Position numbers and translations under genes: made by a program. From contig OZ059900.1 of assembly GCA_964057225.1 (NCBI GenBank), forward strand, positions 18,414,001 to 18,478,000: DNA of 64,000 nt, in the 5' to 3' direction. The stretch is from Auanema rhodensis (Eukaryota > Animalia > Nematoda). Under the pieces are notes generated by a model that was not told where the DNA came from, did no database searches, and was given only the letters and a program-made list of their open reading frames with translations. This document shows, one piece after another, positions 1 through 13,199 of this stretch (position 1 is the stretch's first letter; each line of letters begins with the position of its first letter).

Positions 1-2090
1 CAGTATTTCCCATGAGAAATATTTTATTATGCTGGAAAACGAGTTTTTGGAAATTTCGCTGTAAACAAGGTTTTGACTTACGATTTCATGTGTTCAAACT
101 CATGCAATGTCAATGAAACCTAGCTCAAAATTGTTCCTACAACGTCTAGTTCCACTTTCACGACAAAAAAACAGGGGTTAGAAAATTAAGGAAATTAGCA
201 TATTCTGAGGGCACGCCTCTTATGGCTAATATTGATTAAATCGATTTTTGTTCATATGAGTCGTCAAATGCAACAAATTTCAGCGTGTTACATACTAAAA
301 TGAAGCATTTTACATGCTGAACACTATAAAAATACAAAAACACAGTATTTCCCATGAGAAATATTTTATTATGCTGGAAAACCAGTTTTTGGAAATTTCG
401 CTGTAAACAAGGTTTTGACTTACGATTTCATGTGTTCAAACTCATGCAATGTCAATGAAACCTAGCTCAAAATTGTTCCTACAACGTCTAGTTCCACTTT
501 CACGACAACAAAACAGGGGTTAGAAAATTAAGGAAATTAGCATATTCTGAGGGCACGCCCCTTATGGCTAATATTGATTAAATCGATTTTTGTTCATATG
601 AGTCGTCAAATGCAACGAATTTCAGCGTGTTACATACTAAAATGAAGCATTTCACATGCTGAACACTAGAAAAATACAAAAACACAGTATTTCCCATGAG
701 AAATATTTTATTATGCTGGAAAACCAGTTTTTGGAAATTTCGCTGTAAACAAGGTTTTGACTTACGATTTCATGTGTTCAAACTCCTGCAATGTCAATGA
801 AACCTAGCTCAAAATTGTTCGTACAACGTCTAGTTCCACTTTCACGACAAAACAACAGGGGTTAGAAAATTAAGGAAATTAGCATATTCTGAGGGCACGC
901 CCCTTATGGCTAATATTGATTAAATCGATTTTTGTTCATATGAGTCGTCAAATGCAATTAATTTCAGCGTGTTACATACTAAAATGAAGCATTTTACATG
1001 CTGAACACTAAAAAAATACAAAAACACAGTATTTCCCATGAGAAATATTTTATTATGCTGGAAAACGAGTTTTTGGAAATTTCGCTGTAAACAAGGTTTT
1101 GACTTACGATTTCATGTGTTCAAACTCATGCAATGTCAATGAAAACTAGCTCAAAATTGTTCCTACAACGTCTAGTTCCACTTTCACGACAAAAAAAGAG
1201 GGGTTAGAAAATTAAGGAAATTAGCATATTCTGAGGGCACGCCCTTTATGGCTAATATTGATTAAATCGATTTTTGTTCATATGAGTCGTCAAATGCAAC
1301 GAATTTCAGCGTGTTACATACTAAAATGAAACATTTTACATGCTGAACACTATAAAAATACAAAAACACAGTATTTCCCATGAGAAATATTTTATTATGC
1401 TGGAAAACCAGTTTTTGGAAATTTCGCTGTAAACAAGGTTTTGACTTACGATTTCATGTGTTCAAACTCATGCAATGTCAATGAAACCTAGCTCAAAATT
1501 GTTCGTACAACGTCTAGTTCCACTTTCACGACAAAAAAACAGGGGTTAGAAAATTAAGGAAATTAGCATATTCTGAGGGCACGCCCCTTATGGCTAATAT
1601 TGATTAAATCGATTTTTGTTCATATGAGTCGTCAAATGCAACGAATTTCAGCGTGTTACATACTAAAATGAAGCATTTTACATGCTGAACACTATAAAAA
1701 TACAAAAACACAGTATTTCCCATGAGAAATATTTTATTATGCTGGAAAACCAGTTTTTGGAAATTTCGCTGTAAACAAGGTTTTGACTTACGATTTCATG
1801 TGTTCAAACTCATGCAATGTCAATGAAACCTAGCTCAAAATTGTTCCTACAACGTCTAGTTCCACTTTCACGACAACAAAACAGGGGTTAGAAAATTAAG
1901 GAAATTAGCATATTCTGAGGGCACGCCCCTTATGGCTAATATTGATTAAATCGATTTTTGTTCATATGAGTCGTCAAATGCAACGAATTTCAGCGTGTTA
2001 CATACTAAAATGAAGCATTTCACATGCTGAACACTAGAAAAATACAAAAACACAGTATTTCCCATGAGAAATATTTTATTATGCTGGAAA
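1..2090 (+). repeat. Left satellite block, forward orientation (6 full monomers plus 38 bp)
   Basis: Monomers start at 1, 343 ... 2053. The match to the forward unit stops at ...ATGCTGGAAA (2090, monomer position 38). Confidence 0.97.
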
Positions 2091-2100
2091 TTTCATTTTA
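2081..2100. other. Left orientation-switch junction (+ to -)
   Basis: ATGCTGGAAA|TTTCATTTTA: forward monomer position 38 is joined to reverse monomer position about 304-305. Confidence 0.95.
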
Positions 2101-5100
2101 GTATGTAACACGCTGAAATTCGTTGCATTTGACGACTCATATGAACAAAAATCGATTTAATCAATATTAGCCATAAGGGGCGTGCCCTCAGAATATGCTA
2201 ATTTCCTTAATTTTCTAACCCCTGTTTTTTGTCGTGAAAGTGGAACTAGACGTTGTAGGAACAATTTTGAGCTAGGTTTCATTGACATTGCATGAGTTTG
2301 AACACATGAAATCGTAAGTCAAAACCTTGTTTACAGCGAAATTTCCAAAAACTGGTTTTCCAGCATAATAAAATATTTCTCATGGGAAATACTGTGTTTT
2401 TGTATTTTTATAGTGTTCAGCATGTAAAATGCTTCATTTTAGTATGTAACACGCTGAAATTCGTTGCATTTGACGACTCATATGAACAAAAATCGATTTA
2501 ATCAATATTAGCCATAAGGGGCGTGCCCTCAGAATATGCTAATTTCCTTAATTTTCTAACCCCTGTTTTTTTGTCGTGAAAGTGGAACTAGACGTTGTAC
2601 GAACAATTTTGAGCTAGGTTTTATTGACATTGCATGAGTTTGAACACATGAAATCGTAAGTCAAAACCTTGTTTACAGCGAAATTTCCAAAAACTGGTTT
2701 TCCAGCATAATAAAATATTTCTCATGAGAAATACTGTGTTTTTGTATTTTTCTAGTGTTCAGCATGTAAAATGCTTCATTTTAGTATGTAACACGCTGAA
2801 ATTCGTTGCATTTGACGACTCATATGAACAAAAATCGATTTAATCAATATTAGCCATAAGGGGCGTGCCCTCAGAATATGCTAATTTCCTTAATTTTCTA
2901 ACCCCTGTTTTTTTGTCGTGAAAGTGGAACTAGACGTTGTACGAACAATTTTGAGCTAGGTTTCATTGACATTGCATGAGTTTGAACACATGAAATCGTA
3001 AGTCAAAACCTTGTTTACAGCGAAATTTCCAAAAACTGGTTTTCCAGCATAATAAAATATTTCTCATGGGAAATACTGTGTTTTTGTATTTTTATAGTGT
3101 TCAGCATGTAAAATGTTTCATTTTAGTATGTAACACGCTGAAATTCGTTGCATTTGACGACTCATATGAACAAAAATCGATTTAATCAATATTAGCCATA
3201 AAGGGCGTGCCCTCAGAATATGCTAATTTCCTTAATTTTCTAACCCCTCTTTTTTTGTCGTGAAAGTGGAACTAGACGTTGTAGGAACAATTTTGAGCTA
3301 GGTTTCATTGACATTGCATGAGTTTGAACACATGAAATCGTAAGTCAAAACCTTGTTTACAGCGAAATTTCCAAAAACTCGTTTTCCAGCATAATAAAAT
3401 ATTTCTCATGGGAAATACTGTGTTTTTGTATTTTTTTAGTGTTCAGCATGTAAAATGCTTCATTTTAGTATGTAACACGCTGAAATTAATTGCATTTGAC
3501 GACTCATATGAACAAAAATCGATTTAATCAATATTAGCCATAAGGGGCGTGCCCTCAGAATATGCTAATTTCCTTAATTTTCTAACCCCTGTTTTTTTGT
3601 CGTGAAAGTGGAACTAGACGTTGTACGAACAATTTTGAGCTAGGTTTCATTGACATTGCATGAGTTTGAACACATGAAATCGTAAGTCAAAACCTTGTTT
3701 ACAGCGAAATTTCCAAAAACTGGTTTTCCAGCATAATAAAATATTTCTCATGGGAAATACTGTGTTTTTGTATTTTTCTAGTGTTCAGCATGTGAAATGC
3801 TTCATTTTAGTATGTAACACGCTGAAATTCGTTGCATTTGACGACTCATATGAACAAAAATCGATTTAATCAATATTAGCCATAAGGGGCGTGCCCTCAG
3901 AATATGCTAATTTCCTTAATTTTCTAACCCCTGTTTTGTTGTCGTGAAAGTGGAACTAGACGTTGTAGGAGCAATTTTGAGCTAGGTTTCATTGACATTG
4001 CATGAGTTTGAACACATGAAATCGTAAGTCAAAACCTTGTTTACAGCGAAATTTCCAAAAACTGGTTTTCCAGCATAATAAAATATTTCTCATGGGAAAT
4101 ACTGTGTTTTTGTATTTTTATAGTGTTCAGCATGTAAAATGCTTCATTTTAGTATGTAACACGCTGAAATTCGTTGCATTTGACGACTCATATGAACAAA
4201 AATCGATTTAATCAATATTAGCCATAAGGGGCGTGCCCTCAGAATATGCTAATTATCTAATTTTCTAACCCCTGTTTTTTTGTCGTGAAAGTGGAACTAG
4301 ACGTTTACGAACAATTTTGAGCTAGGTTTTATTGACATTGCATGAGTTTGAACACATGAAATCGTAAGTCAAAACCTTGTTTACAGCGAAATTTCCAAAA
4401 ACTGGTTTTCCAGCATAATAAAATATTTCTCATGGGAAATACTGTGTTTTTGTATTTTTATAGTGTTCAGCATGTAAAATGCTTCATTTTAGTATGTAAC
4501 ACGCTGAAATTCGTTGCATTTGACGACTCATATGAACAAAAATCGATTTAATCAATATTAGCCATAAGAGGCGTGCCCTCAGAATATGCTAATTTCCTTA
4601 ATTTTCTAACCCCTGTTTTTTTGTCGTGAAAGTGGAACTAGACGTTGTAGGAACAATTTTGAGCTAGGTTTCATTGACATTGCATGAGTTTGAACACATG
4701 AAATCGTAAGTCAAAACCTTGTTTACAGCGAAATTTCCAAAAACTGGTTTTCCAGCATAATAAAATATTTCTCATGGGAAATACTGTGTTTTTGTATTTT
4801 TATAGTGTTCAGCATGTAAAATGCTTCATTTTAGTATGTAACACGCTGAAATTCGTTGCATTTGACGACTCATATGAACAAAAATCGATTTAATCAATAT
4901 TAGCCATAAGAGGCGTGCCCTCAGAATATGCTAATTTCCTTAATTTTCTAACCCCTGTTTTTTTGTCGTGAAAGTGGAACTAGACGTTGTAATAACAATT
5001 TTGAGCTAGGTTTCATTGACATTGCATGAGTTTGAACACATGAAATCGTAAGTCAAAACCTTGTTTACAGCGAAATTTCCAAAAACTGGTTTTCCAGCAT

Positions 5101-6704
5101 AATAAAATATTTCTCATGGGAAATACTGTGTTTTTGTATTTTTCTAGTGTTCAGCATGTGAAATGCTTCATTTTAGTATGTAACACGCTGAAATTCGTTG
5201 CATTTGACGACTCATATGAACAAAAATCGATTTAATCAATATTAGCCATAAGGGGCGTGCCCTCAGAATATGCTAATTTCCTTAATTTTCTAACCCCTGT
5301 TTTGTTGTCGTGAAAGTGGAACTAGACGTTGTAGGAACAATTTTGAGCTAGGTTTCATTGACATTGCATGAGTTTGAACACATGAAATCGTAAGTCAAAA
5401 CCTTGTTTACAGCGAAATTTCCAAAAACTGGTTTTCCAGCATAATAAAATATTTCTCATGGGAAATACTGTGTTTTTGTATTTTTATAGTGTTCAGCATG
5501 TAAAATGTTTCATTTTAGTATGTAACACGCTGAAATTCGTTGCATTTGACGACTCATATGAACAAAAATCGATTTAATCAATATTAGCCATAAGAGGCGT
5601 GCCCTCAGAATATGCTAATTTCCTTAATTTTCTAACCCCTGTTTTTTTGTCGTGAAAGTGGAACTAGACGTTGTAATAACAATTTTGAGCTAGGTTTCAT
5701 TGACATTGCATGAGTTTGAGCACATGAAATCGTAAGTCAAAACCTTGTTTACAGCGAAATTTCCAAAAACTGGTTTTCCAGCATAATAAAATATTTCTCA
5801 TGGGAAATACTGTGTTTTTGTATTTTTCTAGTGTTCAGCATGTAAAATGTTTCATTTTAGTATGTAACACGCTGAAATTCGTTGCATTTGACGACTCATA
5901 TGAACAAAAATCGATTTAATCAATATTAGCCATAAGGGGCGTGCCCTCAGAATATGCTAATTTCCTTAATTTTCTAACCCCTGTTTTTTTGTCGTGAAAG
6001 TGGAACTAGACGTTGTAGGAACAATTTTGAGCTAGGTTTCATTGACATTGCATGAGTTTGAACACATGAAATCGTAAGTCAAAACCTTGTTTACAGCGAA
6101 ATTTCCAAAAACTGGTTTTCCAGCATAATAAAATATTTCTCATGGGAAATACTGTGTTTTTGTATTTTTATAATGTTCAGCATGTAAAATGTTTCATTTT
6201 AGTATGTAACACGCTGAAATTCGTTGCATTTGACGACTCATATGAACAAAAATCGATTTAATCAATATTAGCCATAAAGGGCGTGCCCTCAGAATATGCT
6301 AATTTCCTTAATTTTCTAACCCCTGTTTTGTTGTCGTGAAAGTGGAACTAGACGTTGTAGGAACAATTTTGAGCTAGGTTTCATTGACATTGCATGAGTT
6401 TGAACACATGAAATCGTAAGTCAAAACCTTGTTTACAGCGAACTTTCCAAAAACTGGTTTTCCAGCATAATAAAATATTTCTTATGGGAAATACTGTGTT
6501 TTTGTATTTTTCTAGTGTTCAGCATGTGAAATGCTTCATTTTAGTATGTAACACGCTGAAATTCGTTGCATTTGACGACTCATATGAACAAAAATCGATT
6601 TAATCAATATTAGCCATAAGGGGCGTGCCCTCAGAATATGCTAATTTCCTTAATTTTCTAACCCCTGTTTTGTTGTCGTGAAAGTGGAACTAGACGTTGT
6701 AGGA

Positions 6705-9700
6705 ACAATTTTGAGCTAGGTTTCATTGACATTGCATGAGTTTGAACACATGAAATCGTAAGTCAAAACCTTGTTTACAGCGAAATTTCCAAAAACTGGT
6801 TTTCCAGCATAATAAAATATTTCTCATGGGAAATACTGTGTTTTTGTATTTTTCTAGTGTTCAGCATGTAAAATGCTTCATTTTAGTATGTAACACGCTG
6901 AAATTCGTTGCATTTGACGACTCATATGAACAAAAATCGATTTAATCAATATTAGCCATAAGAGGCGTGCCCTCAGAATATGCTAATTTCCTTAATTTTC
7001 TAACCCCTGTTTTTTTGTCGTGAAAGTGGAACTAGACGTTGTACGAACAATTTTGAGCTAGGTTTCATTGACATTGCATGAGTTTGAACACATGAAATCG
7101 TAAGTCAAAACCTTGTTTACAGCGAAATTTCCAAAAACTGGTTTTCCAGCATAATAAAATATTTCTCATGGGAAATACTGTGTTTTTGTATTTTTATAGT
7201 GTTCAGCATGTAAAATGTTTCATTTTAGTATGTAACACGCTGAAATTCGTTGCATTTGACGACTCATATGAACAAAAATCGATTTAATCAATATTAGCCA
7301 TAAGGGGCGTGCCCTCAGAATATGCTAATTATCTAATTTTCTAACCACTGTTTTTTTGTCGTGAAAGTGGAACTAGACGTTGTAGGAACAATTTTGAGCT
7401 AGGTTTCATTGACATTGCATGAGTTTGAACACATGAAATCGTAAGTCAAAACCTTGTTTACAGCGAAATTTCCAAAAACTGGTTTTCCAGCATAATAAAA
7501 TATTTCTCATGGGAAATACTGTGTTTTTGTATTTTTATAGTGTTCAGCATGTAAAATGCTTCATTTTAGTATGTAACACGCTGAAATTCGTTGCATTTGA
7601 CGACTCATATGAACAAAAATCGATTTAATCAATATTAGCCATAAGAGGCGTGCCCTCAGAATATGCTAATTTCCTTAATTTTCTAACCCCTGTTTTTTTG
7701 TCGTGAAAGTGGAACTAGACGTTGTAATAACAATTTTGAGCTAGGTTTCATTGACATTGCATGAGTTTGAACACATGAAATCGTAAGTCAAAACCTTGTT
7801 TACAGCGAAATTTCCAAAAACTGGTTTTCCAGCATAATAAAATATTTCTCATGGGAAATACTGTGTTTTTGTATTTTTCTAGTGTTCAGCATGTAAAATG
7901 CTTCATTTTAGTATGTAACACGCTGAAATTCGTTGCATTTGACGACTCATATGAACAAAAATCGATTTAATCAATATTAGCCATAAGAGGCGTGCCCTCA
8001 GAATATGCTAATTTCCTTAATTTTCTAACCCCTGTTTTTTTGTCGTGAAAGTGGAACTAGACGTTGTACGAACAATTTTGAGCTAGGTTTCATTGACATT
8101 GCATGAGTTTGAACACATGAAATCGTAAGTCAAAACCTTGTTTACAGCGAAATTTCCAAAAACTGGTTTTCCAGCATAATAAAATATTTCTCATGGGAAA
8201 TACTGTGTTTTTGTATTTTTATAGTGTTCAGCATGTAAAATGTTTCATTTTAGTATGTAACACGCTGAAATTCGTTGCATTTGACGACTCATATGAACAA
8301 AAATCGATTTAATCAATATTAGCCATAAGGGGCGTGCCCTCAGAATATGCTAATTATCTAATTTTCTAACCACTGTTTTTTTGTCGTGAAAGTGGAACTA
8401 GACGTTGTAGGAACAATTTTGAGCTAGGTTTCATTGACATTGCATGAGTTTGAACACATGAAATCGTAAGTCAAAACCTTGTTTACAGCGAAATTTCCAA
8501 AAACTGGTTTTCCAGCATAATAAAATATTTCTCATGGGAAATACTGTGTTTTTGTATTTTTATAGTGTTCAGCATGTAAAATGCTTCATTTTAGTATGTA
8601 ACACGCTGAAATTCGTTGCATTTGACGACTCATATGAACAAAAATCGATTTAATCAATATTAGCCATAAGAGGCGTGCCCTCAGAATATGCTAATTTCCT
8701 TAATTTTCTAACCCCTGTTTTTTTGTCGTGAAAGTGGAACTAGACGTTGTAATAACAATTTTGAGCTAGGTTTCATTGACATTGCATGAGTTTGAACACA
8801 TGAAATCGTAAGTCAAAACCTTGTTTACAGCGAAATTTCCAAAAACTGGTTTTCCAGCATAATAAAATATTTCTCATGGGAAATACTGTGTTTTTGTATT
8901 TTTCTAGTGTTCAGCATGTAAAATGCTTCATTTTAGTATGTAACACGCTGAAATTCGTTGCATTTGACGACTCATATGAACAAAAATCGATTTAATCAAT
9001 ATTAGCCATAAGAGGCGTGCCCTCAGAATATGCTAATTTCCTTAATTTTCTAACCCCTGTTTTTTTGTCGTGAAAGTGGAACTAGACGTTGTACGAACAA
9101 TTTTGAGCTAGGTTTCATTGACATTGCATGAGTTTGAACACATGAAATCGTAAGTCAAAACCTTGTTTACAGCGAAATTTCCAAAAACTGGTTTTCCAGC
9201 ATAATAAAATATTTCTCATGGGAAATACTGTGTTTTTGTATTTTTATAGTGTTCAGCATGTAAAATGTTTCATTTTAGTATGTAACACGCTGAAATTCGT
9301 TGCATTTGACGACTCATATGAACAAAAATCGATTTAATCAATATTAGCCATAAGGGGCGTGCCCTCAGAATATGCTAATTATCTAATTTTCTAACCACTG
9401 TTTTTTTGTCGTGAAAGTGGAACTAGACGTTGTAGGAACAATTTTGAGCTAGGTTTCATTGACATTGCATGAGTTTGAACACATGAAATCGTAAGTCAAA
9501 ACCTTGTTTACAGCGAAATTTCCAAAAACTGGTTTTCCAGCATAATAAAATATTTCTCATGGGAAATACTGTGTTTTTGTATTTTTATAGTGTTCAGCAT
9601 GTAAAATGCTTCATTTTAGTATGTAACACGCTGAAATTCGTTGCATTTGACGACTCATATGAACAAAAATCGATTTAATCAATATTAGCCATAAGAGGCG

Positions 9701-10950
9701 TGCCCTCAGAATATGCTAATTTCCTTAATTTTCTAACCCCTGTTTTTTTGTCGTGAAAGTGGAACTAGACGTTGTAATAACAATTTTGAGCTAGGTTTCA
9801 TTGACATTGCATGAGTTTGAACACATGAAATCGTAAGTCAAAACCTTGTTTACAGCGAAATTTCCAAAAACTGGTTTTCCAGCATAATAAAATATTTCTC
9901 ATGGGAAATACTGTGTTTTTGTATTTTTCTAGTGTTCAGCATGTAAAATGCTTCATTTTAGTATGTAACACGCTGAAATTCGTTGCATTTGACGACTCAT
10001 ATGAACAAAAATCGATTTAATCAATATTAGCCATAAGAGGCGTGCCCTCAGAATATGCTAATTTCCTTAATTTTCTAACCCCTGTTTTTTTGTCGTGAAA
10101 GTGGAACTAGACGTTGTACGAACAATTTTGAGCTAGGTTTCATTGACATTGCATGAGTTTGAACACATGAAATCGTAAGTCAAAACCTTGTTTACAGCGA
10201 AATTTCCAAAAACTGGTTTTCCAGCATAATAAAATATTTCTCATGGGAAATACTGTGTTTTTGTATTTTTATAGTGTTCAGCATGTAAAATGTTTCATTT
10301 TAGTATGTAACACGCTGAAATTCGTTGCATTTGACGACTCATATGAACAAAAATCGATTTAATCAATATTAGCCATAAGGGGCGTGCCCTCAGAATATGC
10401 TAATTATCTAATTTTCTAACCACTGTTTTTTTGTCGTGAAAGTGGAACTAGACGTTGTAGGAACAATTTTGAGCTAGGTTTCATTGACATTGCATGAGTT
10501 TGAACACATGAAATCGTAAGTCAAAACCTTGTTTACAGCGAAATTTCCAAAAACTGGTTTTCCAGCATAATAAAATATTTCTCATGGGAAATACTGTGTT
10601 TTTGTATTTTTATAGTGTTCAGCATGTAAAATGCTTCATTTTAGTATGTAACACGCTGAAATTCGTTGCATTTGACGACTCATATGAACAAAAATCGATT
10701 TAATCAATATTAGCCATAAGAGGCGTGCCCTCAGAATATGCTAATTTCCTTAATTTTCTAACCCCTGTTTTTTTGTCGTGAAAGTGGAACTAGACGTTGT
10801 AATAACAATTTTGAGCTAGGTTTCATTGACATTGCATGAGTTTGAACACATGAAATCGTAAGTCAAAACCTTGTTTACAGCGAAATTTCCAAAAACTGGT
10901 TTTCCAGCATAATAAAATATTTCTCATGGGAAATACTGTGTTTTTGTATT
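6705..10950 (-). repeat. Local 3-mer higher-order repeat, 1025-bp period, about 4 copies
   Basis: The 341-bp variant TAATTATCTAATTTTCTAACCACTG occurs at 7326, 8351, 9376 and 10401 (spacing 1025), alternating with AGAGG+GTAATAAC and AGAGG+GTACGAAC monomers. One more copy at 11084 is 683 later. Confidence 0.9.
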
Positions 10951-13199
10951 TTTATAGTGTTCAGCATGTAAAATGTTTCATTTTAGTATGTAACACGCTG
11001 AAATTCGTTGCATTTGACGACTCATATGAACAAAAATCGATTTAATCAATATTAGCCATAAGGGGCGTGCCCTCAGAATATGCTAATTATCTAATTTTCT
11101 AACCACTGTTTTTTTGTCGTGAAAGTGGAACTAGACGTTGTAGGAACAATTTTGAGCTAGGTTTCATTGACATTGCATGAGTTTGAACACATGAAATCGT
11201 AAGTCAAAACCTTGTTTACAGCGAAATTTCCAAAAACTGGTTTTCCAGCATAATAAAATATTTCTCATGGGAAATACTGTGTTTTTGTATTTTTCTAGTG
11301 TTCAGCATGTAAAATGCTTCATTTTAGTATGTAACACGCTGAAATTCGTTGCATTTGACGACTCATATGAACAAAAATCGATTTAATCAATATTAGCCAT
11401 AAGAGGCGTGCCCTCAGAATATGCTAATTTCCTTAATTTTCTAACCCCTGTTTTTTTGTCGTGAAAGTGGAACTAGACGTTGTAATAACAATTTTGAGCT
11501 AGGTTTCATTGACATTGCATGAGTTTGAACACATGAAATCGTAAGTCAAAACCTTGTTTACAGCGAAATTTCCAAAAACTGGTTTTCCAGCATAATAAAA
11601 TATTTCTCATGGGAAATACTGTGTTTTTGTATTTTTCTAGTGTTCAGCATGTGAAATGTTTCATTTTAGTATGTAACACGCTGAAATTCGTTGCATTTGA
11701 CGACTCATATGAACAAAAATCGATTTAATCAATATTAGCCATAAGGGGCGTGCCCTCAGAATATGCTAATTTCCTTAATTTTCTAACCCCTGTTTTGTTG
11801 TCGTGAAAGTGGAACTAGACGTTGTAGGAACAATTTTGAGCTAGGTTTCATTGACATTGCATGAGTTTGAACACATGAAATCGTAAGTCAAAACCTTGTT
11901 TACAGCGAAATTTCCAAAAACTGGTTTTCCAGCATAATAAAATATTTCTCATGGGAAATACTGTGTTTTTGTATTTTTCTAGTGTTCAGCATGTGAAATG
12001 CTTCATTTTAGTATGTAACACGCTGAAATTCGTTTCATTTGACGACTCATATGAACAAAAATCGATTTAATCAATATTAGCCATAAGGGGCGTGCCCTCA
12101 GAATATGCTAATTTCCTTAATTTTCTAACCCCTGTTTTTTTGTCGTGAAAGTGGAACTAGACGTTGTAGGAACAATTTTGAGCTAGGTTTCATTGACATT
12201 GCATGAGTTTGAACACATGAAATCGTAAGTCAAAACCTTGTTTACAGCGAAATTTCCAAAAACTGGTTTTCCAGCATAATAAAATATTTCTCATGGGAAA
12301 TACTGTGTTTTTGTATTTTTATAGTGTTCAGCATGTAAAATGTTTCATTTTAGTATGTAACACGCTGAAATTCGTTGCATTTGACGACTCATATGAACAA
12401 AAATCGATTTAATCAATATTAGCCATAAGAGGCGTGCCCTCAGAATATGCTAATTTCCTTAATTTTCTAACCCCTGTTTTTTTGTCGTGAAAGTGAAACT
12501 AGACGTTGTAATAACAATTTTGAGCTAGGTTTCATTGACATTGCATGAGTTTGAACACATGAAATCGTAAGTCAAAACCTTGTTTACAGCGAAATTTCCA
12601 AAAACTGGTTTTCCAGCATAATAAAATATTTCTCATGGGAAATACTGTGTTTTTGTATTTTTCTAGTGTTCAGCATGTAAAATGCTTCATTTTAGTATGT
12701 AACACGCTGAAATTCGTTTCATTTGACGACTCATATGAACAAAAATCGATTTAATCAATATTAGCCATAAGGGGCGTGCCCTCAGAATATGCTAATTTCC
12801 TTAATTTTCTAACCCCTGTTTTTTTGTCGTGAAAGTGGAACTAGACGTTGTAGGAACAATTTTGAGCTAGGTTTCATTGACATTGCATGAGTTTGAACAC
12901 ATGAAATCGTAAGTCAAAACCTTGTTTACAGCGAAATTTCCAAAAACTGGTTTTCCAGCATAATAAAATATTTCTCATGGGAAATACTGTGTTTTTGTAT
13001 TTTTATAGTGTTCAGCATGTAAAATGTTTCATTTTAGTATGTAACACGCTGAAATTCGTTGCATTTGACGACTCATATGAACAAAAATCGATTTAATCAA
13101 TATTAGCCATAAGAGGCGTGCCCTCAGAATATGCTAATTTCCTTAATTTTCTAACCCGTGTTTTTTTGTCGTGAAAGTGGAACTAGACGTTGTAATAAC

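Noticed and set aside
55-69. CENP-B box-like motif TTCGCTGTAAACAAG
   Set aside because: It matches 7 of 9 core positions of TTCGNNNNANNCGGG but lacks the essential CGGG, so it is not supportable as a functional box.
1-342. Primate alpha satellite dimer (2 x 171 bp)
   Set aside because: Only the length coincides. I recognise no alphoid sequence motifs.
1-342. Tandem 5S rRNA, tRNA or snRNA gene array
   Set aside because: No recognisable conserved RNA gene sequence, cloverleaf or internal promoter boxes in the unit.
2015-2170. Left junction as a sequencing fold-back chimera
   Set aside because: A read fold-back would give an exact mirror at the junction. Here the nearest monomers differ, and the mirrored haplotype is offset by one monomer with several private differences. 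Read support is still needed to exclude it fully.
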